The notes under the pieces are model-generated. The model did not search any database and had not been told where the DNA came from. It saw nothing but the letters and a program-made list of their open reading frames with translations. From assembly GCF_009914755.1 (NCBI RefSeq), contig NC_060926.1: a stretch of 64,000 bases of DNA. The stretch is one strand, 5' to 3'. Position numbers and translations under genes: made by a program. Positions 1 through 16,060 of the stretch are shown here, piece by piece; position 1 is the stretch's first letter, and the number at the start of each line of letters is the position of its first letter. The stretch comes from the human T2T-CHM13v2.0 reference genome, Homo sapiens.

Positions 1-49
1 TGTTTTCATTTTTCCAATATTTTGCTCAATTTGGGGGGTGGTATATGTG

Positions 50-300
50 ATTTTCTGATATATGTATACAATATGTAATGACCAAATCAGGGTAATTGGA
101 ATATCCATCACCTCAAACATTCATCTTTTATGTTGAAAACATTCCAAGTCTTCTAGCTATTTTGAACTACACATTATTGATAACTGTAGTTACCCTACTA
201 TAATGCCGAACAGTTGATCATATTCCTTCTAATGTATTTTTCTATCCACTAAACATCCTCTCTCCATCCCCTCTCCCCTCCCTTGTTTGCAGTCTCTGAT
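50..300 (-). mobile_element. Old L1 (L1MA-class) 3' UTR fragment
   Basis: Motifs caaatcagggtaattggaatatccatcacctcaaacatt and ttctagctattttgaa match the reverse complement of L1MA 3' ends; ends approximate. Confidence 0.7.
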
Positions 301-967
301 TTTTATTTATTTAGTCAAGTTATTTTAATAATCTTAAAAATAGCTTCTATGGCATTTGCAGTTTTATCTAGGCTTTGCACTAAATTTCAAATTAAGGTAA
401 ATCACAGGTATTTTACATTTGTACTGCTCATATGGATAATAGTTTCCCATTATATCTTTGAGGCCATAATAGATGTATAGACAAAAGTTATGAAATTTCT
501 TATATCTGAATTTTTTTTTACATTTTTATTACTCTATATTTGTTTTTATAGTTAGTGTTCATCTATTTTTGATGATTCTTTTTCTATTCTCCCCCTGCTT
601 TGTATAACAAGAAAATGTTCATGCATACTTTTGTAGTTTGGTGGGTCTATGCTCTGTGGCCACCAGGGCAGATGGTTTGGTAGAGGTGGTCTAAAGGAAT
701 GTTTGCATTTTTCAATGTGAGCATATCCATCAGACAGAGACACAAAAGGAACATTCCTATTTTTTCCTCCTACCTTCAATCACTCTGACATCCTTCAGAT
801 TCTTCTCCAGCAACTCATTCTGCCTGGAACTATCTCCCTCCAATCCATCTCAGCAATATTTATCCCTTTAATTCATTTTCTCCTAAAAGGCTTCTCCTAC
901 TCCATGATCAGAATTGTCCAGTGCTCTGAAGGAAATTAGTTATTCCTTTATTATGAAACCGTATGCA

Positions 968-1072
968 TGTCTGTCTCCACACCAAAATCTAAAACAGAAA
1001 ATGATGATCCCCAACACCTAGCACTGAGTCTGGTACACAGTAGGTACTCAATAAATGTTTGTTAAATTGAAT
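968..1072 (+). mobile_element. L2 3' end fragment
   Basis: cctagcactgagtctggtacacagtaggtactcaataaatgtttgtt is the typical L2 terminus. Confidence 0.6.
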
Positions 1073-2149
1073 CGAATTGCATGAAACGTTCACTTATATA
1101 TGTCTAAGCAAGTTAATAAGAAAAGAACCAAGAGGAACAAGAAGTAAACATATTTTCAGCCATATTGACATGTGCAAAAAAAAAGTTTTCTATTTTCTTA
1201 TTTCACTTTTTCAAAGCTAGTGTTTGCTTAAGTCACAGACACCTGCTGCTCTGCAGCTGTATCAGGGAATACATTTGTGCTCTAAATTACCAACTTAGAG
1301 CTTCCCAGTGGCTTTTCTACTAACAAGCTGCCAAGTCTGGAATGATGAGGTTTCTGTTTTAGCTGACAACCAAAACAAAATCTGGCTGCTCTGAACAGGC
1401 TCTTTCACTCCACCTGCTGTTTCTACAGCTAAAGTGTAGAAGGACATAGGAATCACCTAAGCCCAAGGCCAGGATTCTGATAGAAATCTAGAAATCCATG
1501 GATTTCAATGCAAGGCATTGTGAAATTGCTTGCACATTATGTGTTTATTCCTGTTGAAACCACCCATGAAAAATATGAGAAAGTTTTAAAACTTTAAAAG
1601 CTGTCCATGGCTTTTCCTGTCCAGGAACCTATCTTTGATAGCAGCATTAAGAGCTGGAATATGGTAGGGCTCAGGAATCCACCCATCTTCTCACCTCTAA
1701 AAGGGAGGAATAAACTAGTACAACTCACCTTTGCTTCTCCAAAGCTTCCCTTGCAAAAAAGAATGACTCATGGGAGAAATTTCAGAGACTGAGACAAGTT
1801 GTAAGGAGGTATTTGGGCACTAAGAGGGCCTTTCAGTCTCATGCACATCAATCTTGGCACCAACTGAGGCTCTGTCAGAGTGTACTGAGAAAAGTATAAA
1901 TAAATCCATCATTCTCATCACATTGTGTCAACTTAATAAGACTCTCATCTGCTTTGGATGAACCCACTTGGTGGGGCAGGAGGTGAGAGACTAGGGAGAC
2001 CTCAGAAGGCCACCGCAAACACACCAAACCATCCCCCACATTCCACAGCACCAGACACAGAGAAGACACTTTGAATTGCTGGATATTTTGAGTGAATCAT
2101 GAATAAATGAAAATAGTGTTTTAATAATAATTTAAACATTATAAAACAT

Positions 2150-2275
2150 TAGTTTATTGAATGTTTACTATTCATCAAGCACTGTGATAGCACTTTAAAT
2201 GCATTATCTAATTAAACGGTCACCCCGAAATCACACAGTTGATAAAGGATTTCAGAAGAATTTAGACCCAGGAAA
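2150..2275 (-). mobile_element. MIR fragment
   Basis: tttattgaatgtttacta...aagcactgtgatagcactttaaatgcattatct resembles the MIR 3' end reversed. Confidence 0.5.
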
Positions 2276-4623
2276 CATTACATTTATTTTCTCTTATTCA
2301 TTCCCAATCTAGAAAACTTGTGGGCTGTCCTCCCAGACTATCCCAAATCATAGAAAGAAAATTCTCCTAATACACAGGGAGAAATCAAAAAAAGGAAAGG
2401 TTATGCAGATAGGCCAAGTAAAGTTCCAGGATGCCTGTCTTCCAGAAAGGGTTCTCACTGTAACAGGGACACCAGAATTGCTACCTCTACAAGAAGGGCA
2501 CAAACCCTGGGTTCTATCACACTTTGCAGATATCCGATCCTGTAATAAATTTCTGAGGACATTTCTCCAGATGTAACTCCCTCCCTTCCCAACAAAATGT
2601 CAAGACTGCCTGCCTCACATATGGTGGCCTTCATAATAGGCATTTCAATGAGCTTTAGATTTAGGTAAAGAAAATTGTATTACAGCATTTTAAAGCATCC
2701 TTAATATTGCTCATTTTAAAATACTATTAGATAGAAGCATATCTTGGGGACATGATTTCTAAGCTAACTTGTTTGGGCTAAGCAATTGATTTAGTTAAGT
2801 TGACAAAGATGCATGTACATATTTTGAAAGAGTGTTTCCCAAAATACAGTATTTAATGTATTCTCCCTCAATTCTTAGTTTACTGCTGAGCTGTCCTTTA
2901 GTTCCTGACAAATAAATCTAATGGTAGAATTGATTCTCTTCCTAAAATGTTTATTTCCAGCTAATATTGTTTGAACTCAGGTGGTACCAGTATGTATGCT
3001 ACTCCCTAAGACTAGTAAAGGCCAGTTATTGAAAACCACAGCTACTCAGAACAGGTAACGCTTGTTTGTAATATGGAAGAAAGAGTAGAGGTTATAAAAT
3101 AGATATGATAAGTACATGAACTAATATGATTCATGACTTAGAGAAATGCGCCTGGGCCCTTAATCAGTCTGTCTATTCCTGTTGTAGGGACTACTCTAGT
3201 AAGTTTAGCCATTTAGTACCTAAGGTTATCCTTGAGTTTCAGCAAGAAATTAGGAGCATTTTTTGGTAAACAAATTCTGACAACATGAGCTCCTGTCCCT
3301 AACGATAAACAAAAGTAAATATGAAAAGCAGGCAAGAGACACCCACAAGCAGAGCCGTCTGTGCCTACTGGGGGGCATGCTGTGCGTATATCAAGGGTCA
3401 GCAGGAATTATTCTACATCATTCCAAACACAAAACAAAACAAAGCAGATGGTGTTCACTGCCCCCAGCTCAAGATCAAAGAAGAATTTACACAGACTTAA
3501 AAAAAAAATACTTAAAGGAATAGGCTTAATTTATAACCTCCCTGCGCCAAAGCTCGCCTGCCAATCAAGATCACTCTGAGACTTGAGCATTTAGTCTTCC
3601 AACTCCAGTTTGTCCTACTGTGCTGATGCCAGATCAGCTCAACTTCTACCACAGTCCACAAACTGCAGGAAGTGGCAGAGGATCTTCTTGAATTTGAACT
3701 CTGGTGATAGTCAACTAAATAAATGCCAAGGCTTTCTTTAAAATAGCAGTAAGAATTACTGAGATCTATCCCATACATTCTCTCCCTATCTCTTTTTATT
3801 TTTCTTTCTTTTTTTTGCACATGTCTGGGTTATAAAAAGGGAGAATGGTGCATCTCTTAGGGGAGACACTTGCCATCTCCCCCTCTTCGGCCTTTCTATT
3901 TCTGCAAAGAAGAGTTGCCTACCTCTCCCCAAAGCCAGAAAGTTAAAGAGCAGGAATGCGGGTTCCCTCACTTTTACTACTGCTTCCTGATTAGTGAGAA
4001 CTGTCACTGATTGGGCCACAGTTCTATCGGGTGGGGCTAGGGCTTGGCCTTCTACATTTGTGTCTCGTGGCCTCTGGATCTTTGGTTCTTGCTGGCAACA
4101 GTGAGTGCGTATCTTCTACCAGGCTTCTTGGTCCCAGTTACAATTGAGCAAATAAGCGAACCTTCCATCCGGTGCAGGAAGCCCACTGCTTTCTACACCC
4201 CCTGAAAAGGTTTGGGAGTGTGAGACATGCCTGCTGCTGGCGGCGGAACGTTCCTCAGGGTCTCCTAGACAGGATCCCCCCAAGCATTGGGTCCCAAGTC
4301 TTCATGAGGGTGGGAGTAAATCCCCATCTAAATTGCATTCCCCCATGCACATGACCAGGCATTTAGGAGATATTTTGCAATTGCCCAGAGAGTATCCCAA
4401 GTCTTTAATCACCATATTGCTAGTGATCATTATGCCTATGTTATCAATCAGAATCCTGAGAGATAAGAATTAGGCTCCCCTAAATCTGATGTCATCCAGT
4501 TTCTCACTAGGAGGAGGCAGTGAAGGGATCTGAACTCAGGTCTTCTCATTCCAGATCCAACCATCCCAAATCTCACATCATATCAGGCATTCAGGGCCAA
4601 CTTTGTAAGAAGTGGGACAGGGA

Positions 4624-4855
4624 CAGGAGATCGAGACCATCCTGGCTAACACGGTGAAACCCCGTCTCTACTAAAAATACAAAAAATTAGCCAGGCGAGG
4701 TGGCGGGCGCCTGTAGTCCCAGCTACTCGGGAGGCTGAGGCAGGAGAATGGCGTGAACCCCAGGGGGCGGAGCCTGCAGTGAGCCGAGATTGCGCCACTG
4801 CACTCCAGCCTGGGCGACAGCAAGACTCCGTCTCAAAAAAAAAAAAAAAAAAAAA
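4624..4855 (+). mobile_element. 5'-truncated young AluY (AluYe5-like) with 17-bp TSD
   Basis: Alu body from caggagatcgagacc to a pure poly(A); features gcgaggtggcgggc, aaccccagggggcggagcctgcag, gacagc(a)agactcc; perfect TSD aagaagtgggacaggga at 4607-4623 and 4856-4872. Confidence 0.93.
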
Positions 4856-4971
4856 AAGAAGTGGGACAGGGAGATGGGGATGGGAATAGTGAAGTACAAT
4901 ATCCAATTGCTTCTAATTGTTTTTCCTGTGATTCAAGTCCCTGATTAAAACAGAGTTACTAACCTGTAAAA

Positions 4972-5746
4972 ATAAGACCACAAAAGCACTGGCAACAAAG
5001 ACAAAAATAAACAAATGAGATCATATCAAACTAAAAAGCTTCTGCACTGCAAAAGAAACAATCAACAGAGGGAAAAGATAACCTATACAACAGAAGAAAA
5101 TATTTGCAAACTACTCATTTGACAGGGGATTAATATCCAGAATATACAAGGAACTCCGATATCTCAACACCAACAACAGAAAAATGATTTTAAAAATGGG
5201 CAAATAATCTGAACAAACATTTCTCAAATGAAGACATACAAATGACCAACAAATATATGAAAAAATGCTCAATGTCTTTAATCATCAGGGAAATGCACAT
5301 TAAAGCCACAATGAGGTATCATTTCACCCCAGGTAGGATGACTATTATGAAAAAGACAAAAACAAAAAACAAAAAACAAATGCTGGTGAGGATGCAGAGA
5401 AAAATAAACTCTTATACACAGTGGGAATGCAAACTAGTATACTCATCATAGAAAACAGTATGAAGCTTCCTCAAAACACTATAAATAGAACTACCATATG
5501 ATCCAGCAATCCCACCACTGGGTATTTATCCAAAGGAAAGGAAATCACCGTATGGAAGAGACATCTGGACCCCCATGTTTACTGAAGCACTATTCACAAT
5601 AGCCAAGATATGGAATCAACCTAGGTGTCCCACTACAGATGAATGAATAAAGAAAATGTGGTATAGATATACAATTACATATTGTTCAATCATAAAAAAG
5701 AATGAAATTCTGTTATTCAAGGCAACATGGATAGAACTGGAGGACA
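4972..5746 (+). mobile_element. L1MA-class LINE-1, 3' ORF2 region (upstream part of an element split by the L1PA insertion)
   Basis: Diverged ORF2 C-terminal sequence (aaactaaaaagcttctgcac, ORF 5242-5451 [22 protein letters not shown]); continues colinearly at 11951. Confidence 0.88.
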
Positions 5747-6200
5747 CTGAAGCAGTTCCAAGATGGCCGAATAGGAACAGCTCCAGTCTACAGCTCCCAG
5801 CCTGAGTGACGCAGAAGATGGGTGATTTCCACATTTCCAACTGAGGTACTGGGTGCATCTCACTGGGGATTGTCGGACAGTGGGTACAGGACAGTGGGTG
5901 CAGTGCACCGAGCATGAGCCAAAGCAGGGTGAGGCATTGCCTCACCAGGGAAGCACAAGGGGTCAGGGAATTCCCTTTCCTAGCCAAGGTAAGGGGGAAC
6001 AAACAGCACCTAGAAAATTGGGTCACTCCCACCCTAATACTGCGCTTTTCCAACAGTCTTAGCAAATGGCACACCAGGAGATTATATCCCGTGCATGGCT
6101 CAGAGGGTCCTATGCCCACGGAACCTTGCTCATTGCTAGCACAGTAGTCTGAGATCGAACTGGAACGTGGCAGCAAGGCTAGGGGAGGGGCACCCTCCAT
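5616..6200 (-). CDS. L1 antisense ORF0 homolog, open for 194 aa and extending past the L1 5' end (translation unproven)
   Basis: From ATG at 6200: MEGAPPLALLPRSSSISDYCASNEQGSVGIGPSEP...RVGVTQFSRC, colinear with recalled ORF0 MAGAPPPASLPPCSLISDCCASNQRDSVGVGPSEP...RVGVTRFSRC; context gcaATGG. Confidence 0.5.
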   Translation of the reverse strand: MEGAPPLALLPRSSSISDYCASNEQGSVGIGPSEPCTGYNLLVCHLLRLLEKRSIRVGVTQFSRCCLFPLTLARKGNSLTPCASLVRQCLTLLWLMLGALHPLSCTHCPTIPSEMHPVPQLEMWKSPIFCVTQAGSCRLELFLFGHLGTASVSSSSIHVALNNRISFFFMIEQYVIVYLYHIFFIHSSVVGHLG

Positions 6201-6775
6201 TGCTGAGAATTGAGTAGGTAAACAAAGCGGCCAGGAAGCTCGAACTGGGTGGAGCCCACCGCAGCTCAAAGAGGCCTGCCTGCCTCTGTAGACTCCACCT
6301 CTGGGGGCAGGGCATAGCTAAGCAAAAGGCTGCAGAAACCTCTGCAGAATTAAATGTCCCTGTCTGACAGCTTGGAAGAGAGGAGTGGTTCTCCCAGCAT
6401 GCAGCTTGAGATCTGAGAACAGACAGGTTGCCTCCTCAAGTGGGTCCCTAACCCCAGAGTAGCCTAACTGGGAGGCACCCCCCAGTAGGGGCAAACTGAC
6501 ACCTCACATGGCAGGGTACCCCTCTGAGATGAAACTTTCAGAGGAACAATCAGGCAGCAACATCTGCTGTTCACCAATATTTGCTGTTCTGCAGCCTCCG
6601 CTGCTGATACCCAGGCAAACAGGGTCTGGAGTGGACCTCCAGCAAACTCCAACAGACCTGCAGCTGAGGGTCCTGACTATTAGAAGGAAAACTAACAAAC
6701 AGAAAGGACATCCACACCAAAACCCCATCTGTACATCACCATCATCAAAGACCAAAGGTAAATAAAACTACAAAG
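5747..6775 (+). promoter_or_regulatory. L1 5' UTR internal sense/antisense promoter with YY1 site
   Basis: YY1 motif CAAGATGGCCG at 5759-5769; complete ~1 kb 5' UTR up to the ORF1 ATG; many CpGs decayed to TG/CA so activity is uncertain. Confidence 0.7.
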
Positions 6776-7782
6776 ATGGGGAAAAAACAGAGCAGAAAAA
6801 CTGAAAATTCTAAAAATCAGAGTGCCTTTCCTCCTCCAAAGGAATGCAGCTCCTCACCAGCAATGGAACAAAGCTGGACGGAGAATGACTTTGAAGAGTT
6901 GACAGAAAAAGGCTACAGACGATCAAACTTCTCCAAGCTAAAGGCGGAGGTTCAAACCCAATGCAAAGAAGTTAAAAACCTTGAAAAAAGATTAGATGAA
7001 TGGCTAACTAGAATAACCAATGCAGAGAAGTCCTTAAAGGACCTGATGGAGCTGAAAACCATGGCATGAGAACTATGTGATGAATGCACAAGCTTCAGTA
7101 GCCAATTTGATGAACTGGAAGAAAGGGTATCAGTGATGGAAGATCAAATGATAGAAATGAAGTGAGAAGTTTAGAGAAAAAAGAGTAAAAAGAAACGAAC
7201 AAAGCCTCCAAGAAATAGGGAACTGTGTGAAAAGACCAAATCTACGTCTGATTGGTGCACCTGAAAGTGATGGGGAGAATGGAACCAAGTTGGAAAACAT
7301 TCTGCAGGATACTATCCAGGAGGACCTCCCAAAACTAGCAAGGCAGGCCAACATTCAAATTCAGGAAATACAGAGAACACCACAAAGATACTCCTCGAGA
7401 GAGCAACTCCAAGACACGTAATTGTCAGATTTAACAAAGTTGAAATGAAGTAAAAAATGTTAAGGGCAGCCAAAGAGAAAGGTTGGGTTACCCACAAAGG
7501 GACGCCCATCAGACTAACAGCTGATCTCTCAGCAGAAACTCAGCCAGAAGAGAGTGGGGGCCAATATTCAACATTCTTAAAGAAAAGAATTTTCAACCCA
7601 GAATTTCATATCCAGTCAAACTAAGCTTCATAAGTGAAGGAGAAATAAAATCCTTTACAGACAAGCAAATGCTGAGAGATTTTGTCACCACCAGGCCTGC
7701 CCTAAAAGAGCTCCTGAAGGAAGCACTAAACATGGAAAGGAACAACCAGTACCAGCCACTGCAAAAACATGCCAAATAGTAA
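6776..7782 (+). pseudogene. L1 ORF1p, disrupted
   Basis: MGKKQSRKTENSKNQSA start; premature TGA at 7067-7069 and further stops/frameshifts; later fragment KRPNLRLIG. Confidence 0.93.
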
Positions 7783-7845
7783 ACATCATCGAGGCTAGGA
7801 AGAAACTGCATCAACTAACGAGCAAAATAACCAGCTAACATCATA

Positions 7846-11667
<3,822 letters not shown>

Positions 11668-11950
11668 ACAATGAGAACATTTGGACACAGGAAGGGGAAC
11701 ATCACACACTGGGGCCTGTTGAGGTAGGGGGAGGGTGGAGGGATAGCATTAGGAGATATAAGTAATGTAAATGATGAGTTAATAGGTGCAGCACACCAAC
11801 ATGGCACATGTATACATACGTAACAAACCTGCACATTGTGCACATGTGCCCTAGAACTTAAAGTATAATAATAAAAATAAATAAATAAATAAATAAATAA
11901 TAAAGCTACAGATAATAGCCTACCAAAAAAAAAAAAAGAACTGGAGGACA

Positions 11951-12365
11951 TTATGATAAGTGAAATAAGCCAGGAACAAAGGTTAAACACCACATATTCT
12001 CACTCATATGTAGAAGGTAAACAAAGTTGATCTCATGGAATTAAAATGTAGAACAGAGTATACTAGAATCTGAGAAGGGTGGTAGGGGGAGGGATAGGGA
12101 GATATTTGTTAAGGATACAAAATTACAGCTAGATAGGAGCAATAAGTTCTAGTGTTCTATACCACTGTAGGATGACTGTCATTAACAATAATATATTATT
12201 TCAAGTAGCTACAAGGAGAATATTGAATGTTCCCAGCACAAAGTAATAAAAACTGTTTGAGATGACAAATATGCTAATTACCCTGATCTGATCACTATAC
12301 ATTATCTGTATCACTATGTGCCCCATAAATATGTACAATTTTTGTCAATTTAACAAATAATTTTA
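11951..12365 (+). mobile_element. L1MA-class 3' UTR (downstream part of the split element)
   Basis: Resumes right after the TSD with ttatgataagtgaaataagccagg; contains ggatacaaaattacagctagatagg and gctaattaccctgatctgatca. Confidence 0.88.
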
Positions 12366-12474
12366 GAAAAAGACTTAAAAAATAAAAATGGGTAAGCAAA
12401 AATATTTTGAATATTTTGAAAAAATTTTTTTTAATTTTAATTAAAAACAATAAAATAAAAATATTATTTTAGAG

Positions 12475-12685
12475 TAGTGGTTCTCAACCAGAGGTGATTT
12501 GGTGGCGTCCCTCTCCCTGTCCAAAATCAGGGACCATTTGGCAATATCCTGAGCCATTTTTGGTTGTTATAACTGGTGGATAAAGGACAGAAATGCAACT
12601 AAACATCCTGCAATCCACAGGACAGCTCCCAAAACAAAGAATTGTGGCCCCAAAATGTCAATCATGCCAAAGTCGAGAAACCCTA
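12475..12685 (+). mobile_element. MER20 (hAT-Charlie) DNA transposon
   Basis: Termini tagtggttctcaacc...gagaaaccct; internal catttggcaatatc, aaacatcctgcaatccacaggacagc, aaagaatt. Confidence 0.8.
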
Positions 12686-13119
12686 TTAAGGAGGCTCAGT
12701 GAAATATGGATACCAAATATAAATGCAGCATTGCATATAAATGCGTATAGCATGTAAATGCATAAGGGCCTCAGATTGGTAAGAAGGGAAACCACCCTTG
12801 TTGTATGATTACTGCAACTTTGCCATAAGCCTTTTGTGGATCTATCAGCCTGGGCAAGTCATTACCAAAACTGTCAGGTGGGGAAATCTTGTATTTGCCC
12901 TTCCCTATTCTATCTTCTCCCCTTTTTGAGGTCCTTAGCCCACCAGCATCTCCTACTCCTCCAGTCTCTGCTTGGAGACACTATAACTTCCCCATGCCTA
13001 GATGCTGTCTTGTGCAGTTCCTAACCAATCCTGAGCAGGATGAGAGAAAAAAAGCATATTAATACCCTTTGCCCCAGTAGAAAGTTCCTATAACTATTAA
13101 GGAATGCCTATATTTTAGC

Positions 13120-13240
13120 TAGCTGCTTTATATATTATAGCTCATAAATTTAAAAACAATCATATGAGGTAGGTATGATTTCAATTTTAAAGCTGAGGAA
13201 ATTAAGGCTCAGAGAGGTTAAGTAACATGCTCACTTTCTT
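13120..13240 (-). mobile_element. MIR fragment
   Basis: Core gaggaaattaaggctcagagaggttaagtaac. Confidence 0.7.
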
Positions 13241-15552
13241 AGAGATAACAAGAAGCCAACATTCATATCTGTTCTGTATTAATTTCAACGCACATCCTTA
13301 TGCCACATTTAGTTAATACCTGACTTTCCTGTCCTAAAATCATATCAAGTTGGGTACAAGCAGTTTTTTAGATTTATATTTTAAATTATTGGCAATAAAT
13401 CTACAAGCCAAATAAATTATCGGTGTCTTCTTTAGTCTGTATCTTAATTAGGATGCTTTGATTGCAAGTTACAGAAACCAATTCAATCGAGATAAAATAA
13501 ATTGGGGTAATTTATTACAGGGATGTAGGGATTCTCACAAAAACCAAGGAGATAAAAAACTGCAAAGCTGCTACTGCATTTTCTCTTTTCTCATTCTCAC
13601 TCCAGATCAACTTTCTCAGCTTTCTCTCCTCCTTTGAAAGTAAGGAAATATAGTTTGGACTGGCTCTGCCAAAGTTTCTGAAGTAGGGCAAGGGCTATCT
13701 AAAAAGGGACAGTTTTCTCTCTATAAGACACAAAAGATGCACCTTCTGTAGAAGAGAATTTCAATTGACTATTGAAATACAACCTGAGAGTAATCCTACT
13801 GATGGGTACAGAGCTTTTCCTATTTCATGATACTGCCTTATTTATTCTTAATAAGTGCTTGGCAACATAGAGATTTGAAAATGAGGATAAATTGACTAAA
13901 AGTTTCACCTCTAGGGTTTGAGATTCACACAGATAGATATTTCAGTCAAAACTATCAAATCACCTCCTGCCTTCTCTCCCATCTCACACTCAGATTGGCC
14001 TTCTAAGCTAACCTGTTTTTGGCTGTTGCAAAAATAAATGGAAATACCTTGGATGCCAACAAATGATGTTGAGAGATAGAATAAATGCACTGAACAGAGG
14101 ATAAGTTGGGGCAAGTGAAGACACTTTCTCTTTTACCCTATAAAATGCAGATAGCTGAAGAGCTACTGCAGACATCATAAAGCAGCTATATTTTTAGTCC
14201 CTACTCATTACGGCTTTTAGTGAATAGTATCTCTGTTGTCTTAAGCCATTCATCTTTGGAGAAATATGGCCCCATTTCTCTGTTTATTTATCTCTTTGGA
14301 AATGGGAAAACATAAACTGTTGCACTGTAATAAATTTTCTCACTTTTAATAGTTCAAATGGTTGAACAGTAAAATGAAAGTCAAGCATTATTTTTTATTC
14401 CCTGGGTTTTTGTCATTTTGAGTATCCTTAGCACCATTTAATGTCACGATCCCTAAGAATGGCCTCAATTCTATTATCTGGCTTCTGAAGATGTTTTTCT
14501 CAAACTTTAGACATTTAAAAGTGGACTAGCAGACAGCCTAATCATCCTTTGTGTCTAGAAGTACAGAGAAAGCAGGTGTTTTTAGCTATCTAATTTCTAA
14601 CCCACCCATGCAAATTTCAAAATGTAGAAAAGAAAAAAACAGGAAGGACTAAAATTATTCCAAAATAAAAATGTTTTCTAGGACAAGAGCTAAACAACCT
14701 CAAATTATTCTTAACATAAAACTTAATTTGAAAATACAAAGTTAACAAAATTTTAGATGCACCAAAGAATATGACACCTTTAGTGTCTTAGTGACACCTT
14801 TGCTATTTAGGCAGATAATTCATTTTCATAGGAAGAGATCAGTTTTGGATTTATGTAATCCATCTGCCTCATCCTGGTTCCTGAGAATTATAGCACAAGA
14901 GATATTTCAGATAAACGCATACTCTCTATTCCTGGATAGAGCTTCTAACCTGAATCCTTGTCTCTTTTCCTATCCCAGATGAGCTGAGATGGGCAAGTTA
15001 GAAGGAAATCCAAAGATTTTCTTCTTACCTTTGAAGTCAGCTCCACACCATGCAGTCTGCCTGCTTATCTTCCCTGAGCTTTTCCAGATTCAAGAGAGAG
15101 TATCAGAAGGAAAGTAATCGAAGAAGGAAAATAGAAAGAGAGACAACCCCACAAAAGCACTCAGGCCAAAATACTTCCAAAAACACTAGCCAATAGCCAC
15201 TGCCTTCCATCCAAAAAAAAAAAAGCCAAGAGTTCCCACTCCCACCAATTGAAACCAATGAGACTCAATTCCCACCTACAATATCTAGGATGAAGAAGCA
15301 AAGCAAAGAAATGTCCATTCACTCTCCAGATGGAATAATTTCCTATCTCCTTATTTTTCCCTGAATAAACCATAAACCTTGAATGAATTGACCTATGTTC
15401 TTGGCTAATATTTTCCCATGAGTTATGTCCAGTGTGCCATCAAAATGACATCTCACTTAGCTTCAGCATGTCTGCCTTAGATTGTAGGCTTTCATTTCCT
15501 ACTGGTTTGTAAACTACCTGGAGACAGAACTTTTGTCACCTGCAGCTCAACA

Positions 15553-16060
<508 letters not shown>

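Noticed and set aside
12365-12470. AT-rich stretch with quasi-palindromes
   Set aside because: Low-complexity decayed L1 tail; symmetry expected by chance
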